A stretch of 54,978 nt of DNA. Source: an uncultured Oscillospiraceae bacterium. GTDB taxonomy: Bacteria > Bacillota > Clostridia > Oscillospirales > Oscillospiraceae. The position numbers and the translations under genes are program-made. The notes beneath the pieces were generated by a model. It had not been told where the DNA came from. It searched no databases and worked only from the letters and a program-made list of their open reading frames with translations. The stretch is from contig CAZPLL010000001.1 of the NCBI GenBank assembly GCA_964587485.1, positions 1-54,978 on the forward strand, written 5' to 3'. Positions 37,727-46,787 of the stretch are shown piece by piece. Position 1 is the first letter of the stretch. Each line of letters starts with the position of its first letter.

Positions 37727-39976
37727 CTAATCGTTCGGGTCATTATCGGCGTATACGGATATTCCCTTGAAGCTCTTATCCGTGCTACATTCTATAACGG
37801 TACTGGCAATAAAGTCGCGAATACCGTTATCTGCCTTACAGCAGATATTGACCCTGTATCTGTAGCGGTTATTGACCTTTACCACGGGCAGGGGGGCTGG
37901 GCCGAGGATGACAACATCCCTTCTGCCGACGGCAAAATCCTCAAGTCTTGACGCTATATTGCGGCAGGCCGCTATAACTCTGCTCTCGTCCGTACCCGAG
38001 GCGGTCACGGCAAGCAGATCGCAAAAAGGCGGAATATTCTGCAAGCGTCTCAGCTTTATTTCCGAGTTGTAAAAAGCCTCGTAGTCCTGCTCGGCCGCCT
38101 GCTGTATGGTTTCGTTATTCGGTGTAAAGGTCTGGATCACGGCACGGCCGGTCTTTTGTCCTCTGCCACTGCGTCCTACCACCTGTGTAATGAGCGAGAA
38201 CGTCCTCTCGCTCGCTCGAAAGTCACCGGAGTAAAGACTTTGGTCAGCCGATATTACTCCGACGAGCGTGACATTTTCAAAATTGAGTCCCTTGGTGACC
38301 ATCTGAGTGCCGACCATAATGGGTATGTTTTCATTGCGAAAGCGCTCGAAAAGCTGTTCATGTGAGCCGACCGGTGTCACGGTATCCGTGTCCATCCTTA
38401 TGACAGGCACATCGGGGAAAAGCCCGTGAAGCTCGTCCTCAATAAGCTGTGTCCCTGCGCCGATATAATTGAGCGTCCCTCCACACTCGGGGCAGAAGTC
38501 GTCAATACGTCTCGAATAACCGCAGTAGTGGCACATGAGCCTTCCGTTCGCGCTGTGGTATGTGAGCGATACACTGCATCGCGGGCATTTATAAGTGTAG
38601 CCGCACTCACCGCAGGTTATAAGCTTATTCGCGCCTCGACGGTTGATAAAGAGTATGCTCTGTTCGCCGCGTCCTATATTCTCCTCAAGTTCACGACACA
38701 GGACGGAGCTGATATTACTGCCGTTCCCGTGGCGAAGCTCGTCCTTCATATCGACTATCTCCACCTTGGGGAGCGCCCGATCATTGTAGCGCGAGGCGAG
38801 CGAAAAGAATTTATACCGCCCAATCTCCGCGTTGTACCTGCTCGAAATATCCGGCGTGGCCGAGCCGAGGAGCAACAGACATTCGGACTTTGCACAGAGA
38901 TACTTCGCAACATCTACGGCATTATAGCGCGGCGAGTTCTCGGACTTGTAGGTTTCCTCCTGCTCCTCGTCGATAATGATAATACCGAGGTTTTCAACAG
39001 GGGCAAAAACCGCACTGCGAGTACCGATTACAAGATGAGCCTCGCCTTTCCTGATGCGTTTCCATTCATCATAGCGCTCTCCTGCCGAGAGACTGCTGTG
39101 GAGAACGGCAGTTTCTTTCCCGAAATATGACGAAAAAGTTCTCAGCATTTGCGGCGTGAGAGCGATTTCCGGAACAAGCAGGATCGCCGATTTCCCACGC
39201 TGAAGCTGTTGACTGATAAGGTGGATATATACGCTGGTCTTGCCGCTACCCGTAACGCCGAAAAGAAGCGCCGCGTTTGCCTTGCCCGAGCAGGCAAGCC
39301 CGGAAAGGCCGTCAAAGGCGGTCTGCTGTTCGCCGTTGAGAGTCGGCAACGGCTCGGTCTCGCCGTCAAAAAGCTCGGGTCGACGATACACCTCACGGTA
39401 ATAATACTCGACAAGCCCCGCGTTAACCAGCGCCTTGAGCGACTGGCGAGACGCACCTGTGAAGCGCAACAACTCGACGCTCGGCAGGGCGCCGAAGCTG
39501 CAAAGTAGGTCGAGAAGATTCGACTGCTGTGGGGACTTTCGCCGTTTGCCCTCGGCAATTAATGCCGCATCCTCAGGCGTTACGGCCAGTCTCGCGACCT
39601 CAACATATTTGTCCTTCGTGCGCCGTTCGCCCCGCTCGTCAAACCACATCCCCACCGGGAGCATGGCCTTGAGTGCATCATAAACCGTGCAGAAGAAACG
39701 CCTCTGCATAAAAAGCGCAAGCTGTATTTGCGCCAGAGTGAGCACAGGAGCATCATCAAGGACAGCGCTTATTGATTTAAGCTTATCGTATTCACTGCGG
39801 TCGCTGAGTGAGAGAACCATGCCCTCCCGCATCCTGTTTCCGTTTCCGAACGGGACATGGACACGGACACCGGGCAGAATCTTATCCGCAAGAGTGTCGG
39901 GGATGAGATAGTCATACGGCCTGTCCATCGAAAAAACGGCGTCCGAAACTGCTATTCTTGCGATCGGCTGAGGCAC
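37727..39976 (-). CDS. priA: Primosomal replication restart helicase PriA
   Basis: Walker A GVTGSGKT, DEEQE box, Cys-rich zinc-binding insertion (CGECGYTYKCPRCSVSLTYH...CHYCGY...CPECG). The track ORF (to 40162) overlaps rpoZ, so GTG 39976 (after AAGGGGTGG) or GTG 39985 is more plausible. Confidence 0.88.
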   Translation of the reverse strand: MPQPIARIAVSDAVFSMDRPYDYLIPDTLADKILPGVRVHVPFGNGNRMREGMVLSLSDRSEYDKLKSISAVLDDAPVLTLAQIQLALFMQRRFFCTVYDALKAMLPVGMWFDERGERRTKDKYVEVARLAVTPEDAALIAEGKRRKSPQQSNLLDLLCSFGALPSVELLRFTGASRQSLKALVNAGLVEYYYREVYRRPELFDGETEPLPTLNGEQQTAFDGLSGLACSGKANAALLFGVTGSGKTSVYIHLISQQLQRGKSAILLVPEIALTPQMLRTFSSYFGKETAVLHSSLSAGERYDEWKRIRKGEAHLVIGTRSAVFAPVENLGIIIIDEEQEETYKSENSPRYNAVDVAKYLCAKSECLLLLGSATPDISSRYNAEIGRYKFFSLASRYNDRALPKVEIVDMKDELRHGNGSNISSVLCRELEENIGRGEQSILFINRRGANKLITCGECGYTYKCPRCSVSLTYHSANGRLMCHYCGYSRRIDDFCPECGGTLNYIGAGTQLIEDELHGLFPDVPVIRMDTDTVTPVGSHEQLFERFRNENIPIMVGTQMVTKGLNFENVTLVGVISADQSLYSGDFRASERTFSLITQVVGRSGRGQKTGRAVIQTFTPNNETIQQAAEQDYEAFYNSEIKLRRLQNIPPFCDLLAVTASGTDESRVIAACRNIASRLEDFAVGRRDVVILGPAPLPVVKVNNRYRYRVNICCKADNGIRDFIASTVIECSTDKSFKGISVYADNDPND

Positions 39977-40018
39977 GGTATCCACCCCTTTCCTGTCAAA
40001 ATCTCTCCGGTCAAAGAC

Positions 40019-40038
40019 AGCGGGGACATTGCCCCGCT
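40019..40038 (-). promoter_or_regulatory. Hairpin 5 nt after the rpoZ stop, upstream of the priA start
   Basis: AGCGGGG-CAAUGU-CCCCGCU, followed by a weak U-tract (GUCUUUG). Confidence 0.3.
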
Positions 40039-40043
40039 GAGCA

Positions 40044-40232
40044 TTATTCGATGGTGAGCTTGCCGGTATAAACCTCGTCGATCGCGGAAGAGACAGGTTT
40101 TCTCTCCAGCGGGATCTGCTTTTCTTCTGCCTCGGCAGAAAGAACGCGCGCTCTTTTCGCAACGAGATTTACAAGCTGATAACGGCTGCCGACCTTTTCT
40201 ACAAGGTCTGCCACAGGGGGATAAAGCATCAT
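40044..40232 (-). CDS. rpoZ: DNA-directed RNA polymerase subunit omega
   Basis: 62 aa. GSRYQLVNLVAKRARVL is the core omega motif. Sits between gmk and priA as in other Firmicutes. Confidence 0.9.
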   Translation of the reverse strand: MMLYPPVADLVEKVGSRYQLVNLVAKRARVLSAEAEEKQIPLERKPVSSAIDEVYTGKLTIE

Positions 40233-40283
40233 AATAATTCTCCGATCTGCCGTCCGACGGACGGCTACATATAAAAATTTTTT

Positions 40284-40883
40284 TCAGACTATTTTTAGAA
40301 CCTCGGCACGGTCGCCGAATTTGCAGTGCTCCGCGGTTATTATCGCGGAAAACTCGTTCGCCGCGACATCCGCGTCGTCATTGATTATAACATAGCTGTA
40401 GAAGTCAGCCTCGACATACTCCTGCCGTGCGCGTGCAAGGCGTCCCTTTATCGCCTCGGGAGTGTCCGTGCCGCGGTTAACAAGGCGCTTTTCAAGCTCC
40501 TCAAGAGTCGGCGGCGCGACGAATATCATGACCGCCTCGGGCATTTTTTCGTGTACCTGACGCGCGCCCTGTATCTCAATGTCGAGAATGACATCATACC
40601 CCGCGTTGAGCCGCTCTTGAACGTAGGCTCTCGGCGTTCCGTAGGAATTTGATACATACTCGGCATACTCAAGGAGTTCGTCTCTCCGAACCATTTCATC
40701 AAAGCGTTCACGGTCGATAAAGAAATACTCCCTCCCGTCGACCTCGCCCGGGCGGGGCTTGCGCGTGGTGACCGAGGTCGAGAAGCAGTAGTCGCTTCTT
40801 CCCTCCATGGCCCTGAACACGACAGTGCTTTTGCCCGCTCCCGACGGCCCCGAGATGACAAACAGCTTACCTCTTTTACTCAT
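40284..40883 (-). CDS. gmk: Guanylate kinase
   Basis: Carries GPSGAGKST and [20 protein letters not shown] 40883 is preferred ([15 protein letters not shown]); it overlaps the remA stop by 8 nt. Confidence 0.95.
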   Translation of the reverse strand: MSKRGKLFVISGPSGAGKSTVVFRAMEGRSDYCFSTSVTTRKPRPGEVDGREYFFIDRERFDEMVRRDELLEYAEYVSNSYGTPRAYVQERLNAGYDVILDIEIQGARQVHEKMPEAVMIFVAPPTLEELEKRLVNRGTDTPEAIKGRLARARQEYVEADFYSYVIINDDADVAANEFSAIITAEHCKFGDRAEVLKIV

Positions 40884-41139
40884 TTGCGGCACCTGCTTCC
40901 TGTGTTGTGTCTGTAATGCGGGAGGCTATGGTTTCCGGCGAAACCGCCGAGAGGACAACGTTCCCGCTGTCCATGACTATTACCGCGCGCGTACTGCGGC
41001 CAAAGGACGCATCAATGAGCAGACCCTTTTCCCTGACATCCTGTATCATGCGCTTTATCGGCGCGGAGTCGGGACTTACGACGGATATGATTCTCTCAGC
41101 CGAGACCATGTTTCCGAAGCCTATGCTGATAAGTTTCAT
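40876..41139 (-). CDS. remA: RemA/YlzA (DUF370) biofilm-matrix regulator
   Basis: 87 aa. [33 protein letters not shown]...[17 protein letters not shown]. Confidence 0.9.
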   Translation of the reverse strand: MKLISIGFGNMVSAERIISVVSPDSAPIKRMIQDVREKGLLIDASFGRSTRAVIVMDSGNVVLSAVSPETIASRITDTTQEAGAANE

Positions 41140-41149
41140 TTTCCGCTCC

Positions 41150-42028
41150 TTACTCTATATTCTGTATCTGCTCACGAATTTTCTCTATCTCCAGCTTGAT
41201 ATCCACGACCACATGGGCGATATCCGAATTCTGGCACTTTGAACCGATGGTGTTGGCCTCACGGTTGAACTCCTGCATGAGGAAGTCTATCTTTTTGCCC
41301 ACAGAGGAATTTCCGTTCATCATTGCTCTGAGCTGTGAAACGTGACTGCGCAGGCGCACAGTCTCCTCATCTACGGCAATGTGGTCGGCAAACACGGCGG
41401 CCTCGGCAAGAATACGGTTTTCGTCTATACCTGCCGTGCCAAGCACTTCATTCATATGCTGGATGAGCCTTGCACGGTAATTTGCAACGGTTTTCGGCGC
41501 TTCGGCCTCGACAGAGGAAACAAGCCTGTCTATTGTATCAAGGCGTCCGAGAACGTCGTCACGCAGTTTTTCGCCCTCGCGTTCGCGCATAGCGTCAAAA
41601 TCGTCCAGCGCATTCTCTACTATCTCCCGAATCCCCGCAGTAATGGCATCGGCATCGGCATCCTTCTTTTCGACCGTAAGCACGTCCGGCAAACGGCTGA
41701 CGCTCATCACGGTAACGTCGTTCACGAGAGAATATGCCTCGGAAATATGGTTCAGGGTCTTGAGATAACCGCGCAAAAGCGGTTCATTGACCTTGACCGT
41801 CATGTCCCCGACATCGGAAAAATCCACGCTGACAAACACATCTACCTTGCCGCGGCTGATATGCTTACGCACTGCCGCCTTTACCGCGTCCTCGGCATAG
41901 AGGAAGCTGCGCGGTATACGCACCGACGTGTCAAGATAACGGTTGTTTACGCTTTTGAGCTCGATGGAGATCTCGAGCCCCTCGACAGTACCCTTGGCGC
42001 TGCCATAGCCGGTCATACTTTTGATCAT
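41150..42028 (-). CDS. yicC: YicC/YloC-family protein (stress-induced endoribonuclease family)
   Basis: 292 aa. [10 protein letters not shown]-terminus, SVNNRYLD, and C-terminal REANTIGSK. Confidence 0.9.
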   Translation of the reverse strand: MIKSMTGYGSAKGTVEGLEISIELKSVNNRYLDTSVRIPRSFLYAEDAVKAAVRKHISRGKVDVFVSVDFSDVGDMTVKVNEPLLRGYLKTLNHISEAYSLVNDVTVMSVSRLPDVLTVEKKDADADAITAGIREIVENALDDFDAMREREGEKLRDDVLGRLDTIDRLVSSVEAEAPKTVANYRARLIQHMNEVLGTAGIDENRILAEAAVFADHIAVDEETVRLRSHVSQLRAMMNGNSSVGKKIDFLMQEFNREANTIGSKCQNSDIAHVVVDIKLEIEKIREQIQNIE

Positions 42029-42045
42029 TATTTCCTCCGGATGTA

Positions 42046-42453
42046 TCAGTTAAACTGTATTATATCAAAGGTTATGTCATTCTTGTCCTTTTTGTGTCTC
42101 TGCGACGCAACGGTGATGAACGCGCCAAGGGCAAGTCCGATAAAGCTTGAGATTATGCAAAGCCCCTCGCCCGCTCCAAGCGCCGCGGCGATCAGATATC
42201 CGGCGACGACCAGTACGACAGGCAGGATGTATACAAGAAGCGTCGCCTTATAGATTTTTGACGACTTGCTCTCGATAACGACACGCTGTCCCGGCTTCGC
42301 GCCTATAAGGTTTTTTGCTCTCGTGCAAAGCTCACTCTGAAATATACAGCTCTCGCAGTTGCCGCAGTTACTGCCGCAGGCTGTTGAGCGGGTCACGACG
42401 ACCTCGGCCATCCCGTCGCTGAAGACTTGTCTTACTATCGCGTCCTGAGTCAT
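42046..42453 (-). CDS. RseC/MucC-family (SoxR-reducing system) small membrane protein
   Basis: 135 aa. Cys cluster ACGSNCGNCESC, a PGQRVVIES segment, then two TM helices. Confidence 0.6.
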   Translation of the reverse strand: MTQDAIVRQVFSDGMAEVVVTRSTACGSNCGNCESCIFQSELCTRAKNLIGAKPGQRVVIESKSSKIYKATLLVYILPVVLVVAGYLIAAALGAGEGLCIISSFIGLALGAFITVASQRHKKDKNDITFDIIQFN

Positions 42454-42456
42454 TTG

Positions 42457-43716
42457 CTACCCCTTTTTTATCGTTATGGAAACGGTATATTCGCCGACAG
42501 GGTCAACCTCCGTGGCGCCGTCAATGTATATCTTGACCGTTGCGAGAACCGAACCCGTCGTCTCGTTGTAATCACGCAGATCTGCCACGGCGCGGATATT
42601 CTCGTTCTTGATCTGGCCGAGCACCTCTGCCGTACCACGGAGCTTCACGTCAAGGCTCTCCGTGACTATCTCGGCCGTGTAGCCATCTGTAACGTTGGTA
42701 AAGGAAATATTGCTCGCCCTGAATGTTTTTGTCTCAAGGCCGATGATCTCAACGGTCACCTTTGCCTCCGAAACTCCGGAGAGATTTTTCAGATCGTTGT
42801 CAATGGGTATCGTATACGTCTCGGTATATGTCGATTCAAAATCCGAAAGGTCAACGGTATCAAGGACTATTTTGTTCATGCCGGAAAGTATAGCGGAGTC
42901 TCCGGCAAGGGTAACTGTCTCGGGAGAGACGGTGATCTTGACGTTACTCTCATTCGCCGCCGCGCCGTATACCGGGTTGACGGTCAGAAGCACCTCCTTG
43001 ACCTCAAGGAGCGGCATGGTGGCAATAACGGTTTCTGTGGAGGTCGTTATCCCCTTTGTCGAACATTCGATACCGTCCGCACCCATGAGGGTGTAGCCTG
43101 TCTCAACCTGATAGGTGCTGTTAAGTCCGGTCTCGTTTTCTCCGAAAGAGACCCACGCATAGGAGACATTTTTCAGATACGCCTCCGGCCCGGTGAGCGT
43201 AATGGTTGCCGGTTCAAATATTGGAGACTCGCCCGTATAGCCCTCGGCAAGATCTCCGTCAAAGCTGCCGCGAACCTGAACGGATTTGGTGATGTTCTCC
43301 GAAACCATAAAGTTCACGACCTCGGGATACTTAGCGGTCTCGCGGATATTGGTAGTGTCGGTGCCGTTGGGATAAACTATCGTATACTGCTGTGAGGTAT
43401 AGGCGGCCTGAGAAAGTCTGCTCACGTCGATCTCCGCGACGAGATCCGACGCGCTGAGAGAGGCCACTATCCTGCGCGGCCCGGTTATCTCGACTCTGAC
43501 AGTGCTCGTATCGACATCCGTCACGACCATGTTTTTGCTGTTTCTCAGAGTATCCTCACCCACCAGCTCAACGCGGACGCCCGGGAATGATTTCTTGATC
43601 TCGTCATTCTCGACACTGGTTATATACGTCCATATCGCAAACGAGGCCAACAGAGAGACGATCATCCAGAACGTCTTACTGTCATATATTCTTTTCATCA
43701 GGCTTTTTTTCTTCAT
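42457..43716 (-). CDS. cdaR: YbbR-domain protein CdaR (regulator of diadenylate cyclase CdaA)
   Basis: 419 aa. N-terminal TM segment, then four repeats of YbbR-like beta modules (V.V.G/VTL.GP patterns). Overlaps the 3' end of cdaA. Confidence 0.82.
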   Translation of the reverse strand: MKKKSLMKRIYDSKTFWMIVSLLASFAIWTYITSVENDEIKKSFPGVRVELVGEDTLRNSKNMVVTDVDTSTVRVEITGPRRIVASLSASDLVAEIDVSRLSQAAYTSQQYTIVYPNGTDTTNIRETAKYPEVVNFMVSENITKSVQVRGSFDGDLAEGYTGESPIFEPATITLTGPEAYLKNVSYAWVSFGENETGLNSTYQVETGYTLMGADGIECSTKGITTSTETVIATMPLLEVKEVLLTVNPVYGAAANESNVKITVSPETVTLAGDSAILSGMNKIVLDTVDLSDFESTYTETYTIPIDNDLKNLSGVSEAKVTVEIIGLETKTFRASNISFTNVTDGYTAEIVTESLDVKLRGTAEVLGQIKNENIRAVADLRDYNETTGSVLATVKIYIDGATEVDPVGEYTVSITIKKG

Positions 43717-44566
43717 CGTTTTTTTCCTTGAAAAAGTTCTTTACAAACGCAAACAGGCCTCGTCTGGACTGGCCGTCATCCTCAAATATAAGCTCGGAAT
43801 GGAGCAGCCTGTCCAGTGTGGAGGAGGAAAGATGCCTTTTGAGCATTCCCTCCATGGCAACAGACACGGCGCCGGTCTCCTCAGAAACCACGACAACGAC
43901 TGCGTCGGACTGTTCACTCAGGCCAATGCCCGCTCTGTGGCGCATACCGAGATCCTTGCTGAGATTTTTTTTCTGAGTCAGCGGCAACACACAGCCTGCC
44001 GCGGCTATTCTTCCGTCGCGTATCACGACCGCGCCGTCATGCAGAGGCGCCTTGTTGAAGAAAAGGTTCTTCAGGAGCTCTGCCGTGGTAGCCGAGTCGA
44101 TTATGGTACCGGTGCTCATGATGTCGTTGAGCTTCACGTTGCGCTCAAAAATTATAAGGGCACCTGTTTTCGACTCCGACATATCCGAGCAGGCAAGCAC
44201 TGTCTGCGCTATGGCGGTATCCATTTCGTTTGAAGCCGCCTGACGCCCCGATGTGAAGTTACTGCCCATTCTTTCAAGCACGCGCCTCAGCTCCGGCTGG
44301 AACAGGATCAGTATCGCAATAAATCCCAGCTCGACAGCCTTGCGAAGGAGGTAGTTTATCATGTTCAGATTCAGAACATAGGACAGTCCCAGCACGATCA
44401 GCAGCACCGCAAGACCCTTCGCAAGGTTATACGAGTTGGTCTTGCGCGCAAACCAGATAGCCTTGTAAAGCAGATATGCAACAATAACAATGTCGATAAT
44501 GTCCGTAAACCCGATCGACTTTATATAATTCAAAGAACGCTCAAGCGTCGCGCTTATCGTATCCAT
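43682..44566 (-). CDS. cdaA: Diadenylate cyclase (c-di-AMP synthase) CdaA
   Basis: Three N-terminal TM segments. The DAC domain carries DGAVVIRDGRIAAAG and RHRAGIGLSEQSDAVVVVVSEETG. ATG 44566 after GAGGAA is preferred over the track start at 44605. Confidence 0.92.
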   Translation of the reverse strand: MDTISATLERSLNYIKSIGFTDIIDIVIVAYLLYKAIWFARKTNSYNLAKGLAVLLIVLGLSYVLNLNMINYLLRKAVELGFIAILILFQPELRRVLERMGSNFTSGRQAASNEMDTAIAQTVLACSDMSESKTGALIIFERNVKLNDIMSTGTIIDSATTAELLKNLFFNKAPLHDGAVVIRDGRIAAAGCVLPLTQKKNLSKDLGMRHRAGIGLSEQSDAVVVVVSEETGAVSVAMEGMLKRHLSSSTLDRLLHSELIFEDDGQSRRGLFAFVKNFFKEKNDEEKKPDEKNI

Positions 44567-44624
44567 CAACCGTTCCTCATAATATCTTCTGCCGAAGACT
44601 TCCATACTTTTATTTTATCAATGC

Positions 44625-44653
44625 ATTATAATACAAAAGCAGAAAAAAGGCAA
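44625..44653 (-). promoter_or_regulatory. Candidate sigma-A promoter for cdaA
   Basis: The minus strand reads TTGCCT, 17 nt, then TATAAT, about 55 nt upstream of the cdaA ATG. Confidence 0.5.
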
Positions 44654-44808
44654 TTGAAATTAATAATGTTTAACGTTTATTTAGTTTTTCGGAAGGGCGG
44701 CCGGGCACGCTTCTCAGTCTGTTTGAAATTGCACCGGGGCGGCAGACTTCTCGACAGTTCCCCGCCCCCTGTGCAGACTCTTCCTCAGGCCGGGTGTACC
44801 GGGAGGAT

Positions 44809-45930
44809 CTACGAAAAAACGGCATTTATCTCCCTTATTTGTCTGCATGCGGCGCGAACCTGCTCCTCCGTCACAAACGGTGAAAAGCTCAGTCTTACCG
44901 TGCCGGTATCCAGCGTTCCGGCAGATTCATGCGCAGTCGGCGCGCAGTGCAGGCCGCCGCGAACACATATCCCCTGCGCGTAAAGCTCCTCCGCCAGCGT
45001 CTCGCAGTCCGTGACTCTGCTCCGTATCGACAGCACGCCTGTCTGCGTTCCATCCGCACCGGTGAAGATCTCAGTGTTCCCGTCATCCGAAAGCTCCTCT
45101 TTTGCAATGTCAAGGAGCCGTTTTTCTCTTGTGGCGATATTCTGTGTCCCGACGCGGCGTACATATCTTATCCCCTCGCACAGCCCGGCTATGCCGCACA
45201 CATTATGCGTTCCCGCCTCAAGCCTGTCGGGGAGGTACTCCGGCATAAACTGAAAAAGACTGTCCGAGCCCGAGCCGCCGTGCATGAGCGGCATACCCGC
45301 GTCGGCACACAGGAGTATCCCTGTTCCCTGTGGCCCCATCAGTCCCTTGTGCCCCGGCATGGCGACGAACATCGCGTGAAGCCCGGCAAAATCAATTTCC
45401 AGCACGCCGGCGGCCTGCGAGGCATCGACAATAAGCGGCACTCCCCTGCGCGCACATTCCGCGGCTATCTCGTATATCGGGAGGATAAAACCGAATGCGT
45501 TGGAAACACAGGTACATACGACAAGCTCGTTCTCCCCGATGCTTCGCGTAAAATCGTCAAGGACCGCCTCCCTGTCAAAAAGCTTTCTCCCCGCGACCGT
45601 GATCTTCGCGTTGGCCGCGCGAAGCGGGCGTGTCACCGAGTTGTGTTCAAAGCCGGATATAAGCACACGGCTGTTGCTTTTTACAAGGGAGGATATCGCT
45701 ATATTCAGGCCGTGTGTAGCGTTTGAGGTAAACACGACCTTTTCCTCGTCATCAACATTAAAAAGTGCGGCCGCTTCACCGCGGCAGGTAAAGACCGTCT
45801 CCGCCGCACGGGCCGCGCTCTCGTAGCCGCCTCTGCCGGGGCTCGACATGGTGCGCATGGCGTTGACCACCGCATTTTCAACGGAGACCGGCTTTATGAG
45901 TGAGGTAGCCGCGCTGTCCAGGTAGATCAC
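44809..45930 (-). CDS. Cysteine desulfurase family protein (class V aminotransferase fold)
   Basis: 373 aa. PLP-Lys context PGHKGLMGPQGTG and catalytic Cys loop GGLHCAPTAH. GTG start in a GTGA overlap with the upstream gene. Confidence 0.85.
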   Translation of the reverse strand: MIYLDSAATSLIKPVSVENAVVNAMRTMSSPGRGGYESAARAAETVFTCRGEAAALFNVDDEEKVVFTSNATHGLNIAISSLVKSNSRVLISGFEHNSVTRPLRAANAKITVAGRKLFDREAVLDDFTRSIGENELVVCTCVSNAFGFILPIYEIAAECARRGVPLIVDASQAAGVLEIDFAGLHAMFVAMPGHKGLMGPQGTGILLCADAGMPLMHGGSGSDSLFQFMPEYLPDRLEAGTHNVCGIAGLCEGIRYVRRVGTQNIATREKRLLDIAKEELSDDGNTEIFTGADGTQTGVLSIRSRVTDCETLAEELYAQGICVRGGLHCAPTAHESAGTLDTGTVRLSFSPFVTEEQVRAACRQIREINAVFS

Positions 45931-46178
45931 GGCACTACCTCCGAATACTTCCCGTCCGGGTCTCTTTCATATATTTTCCCGCTGATGAGGCCGCTCCTTT
46001 TTAGTACGCCCGCCGCCGTGTCCATATCGCGGCGAATACTCACGGCGTAAGCGCAGCCCCTGCCGCTGAGCTCATTGGGCGCTTTTACGACGCTGCCGAA
46101 TATGCCGTTGCGCTCAAGCAGTTTTGCGCTTTTCTGGGCGTTTGTCAGTGAGCGGCACATTATTAGGTATTGCTTCAT
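45927..46178 (-). CDS. DUF3343-family protein (putative S/Se carrier-like)
   Basis: 83 aa. MCRSLTNAQKSAKLLERNGIFGSVVKAPNELSGRGCAYAV matches the DUF3343 pattern as I recall it. Confidence 0.7.
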   Translation of the reverse strand: MKQYLIMCRSLTNAQKSAKLLERNGIFGSVVKAPNELSGRGCAYAVSIRRDMDTAAGVLKRSGLISGKIYERDPDGKYSEVVP

Positions 46179-46219
46179 GTTTTACTCCCGTCCGCCGCTA
46201 CAGCGGCTGTGATATGGAA

Positions 46220-46247
46220 ACTCCCCGGGCCGCTCTGCCCGGGGAGT
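46220..46247 (-). terminator. 10-bp GC-rich hairpin after ispF (terminator-like, weak U-tract)
   Basis: ACTCCCCGGG-8 nt-CCCGGGGAGT. Confidence 0.4.
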
Positions 46248-46313
46248 GTTATTTCATTTCCCGCTCTGCATCGCTGCACTACATACTATGCAAGGCGGCG
46301 CTTTGCGGTGTGT

Positions 46314-46787
46314 TCACTTCTTCTCGATGAGCGCAACGGCATGCGCGGAAATCCCGAGTCCCTCGCCGGTGAAGCCGAGCTTTTCCTCGGTGGTTGCCTT
46401 GACGCTTACACGATCCGTGTCTATACCCATAACGGTCGCGAGCCTCGTACGCATCGCGTCGATATACGGTGCAAGCTTGGGACGCTGAGCGATAACGGTG
46501 CAATCGACATTCGACACGGAATATCCCCTGACACCTATCGCCTCACAGACCTTTGACAGCAGTTCCATACTGTCCGCGCCGAGATAGGCGTCATCGTTGT
46601 CGGGAAAGAGCTTTCCTATATCGCCCATCGCGGCGGCACCGAGGAGCGCATCCATCAGCGCATGAGCCAGAACATCGGCGTCTGAATGACCCAGAAGCCC
46701 CTTCTCATACGGAATATTTACCCCTCCGAGTATCAGCGCCCGCCCCTCGGTCAGGCGGTGAACGTCATACCCGTGCCCTATCCTCAA
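46314..46787 (-). CDS. ispF: 2-C-methyl-D-erythritol 2,4-cyclodiphosphate synthase
   Basis: Carries [11 protein letters not shown] and [11 protein letters not shown]. The TTG start at 46787 follows AGAGGTGA and overlaps ispD by 23 nt; the track ORF extends to 46880. Confidence 0.92.
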   Translation of the reverse strand: MRIGHGYDVHRLTEGRALILGGVNIPYEKGLLGHSDADVLAHALMDALLGAAAMGDIGKLFPDNDDAYLGADSMELLSKVCEAIGVRGYSVSNVDCTVIAQRPKLAPYIDAMRTRLATVMGIDTDRVSVKATTEEKLGFTGEGLGISAHAVALIEKK

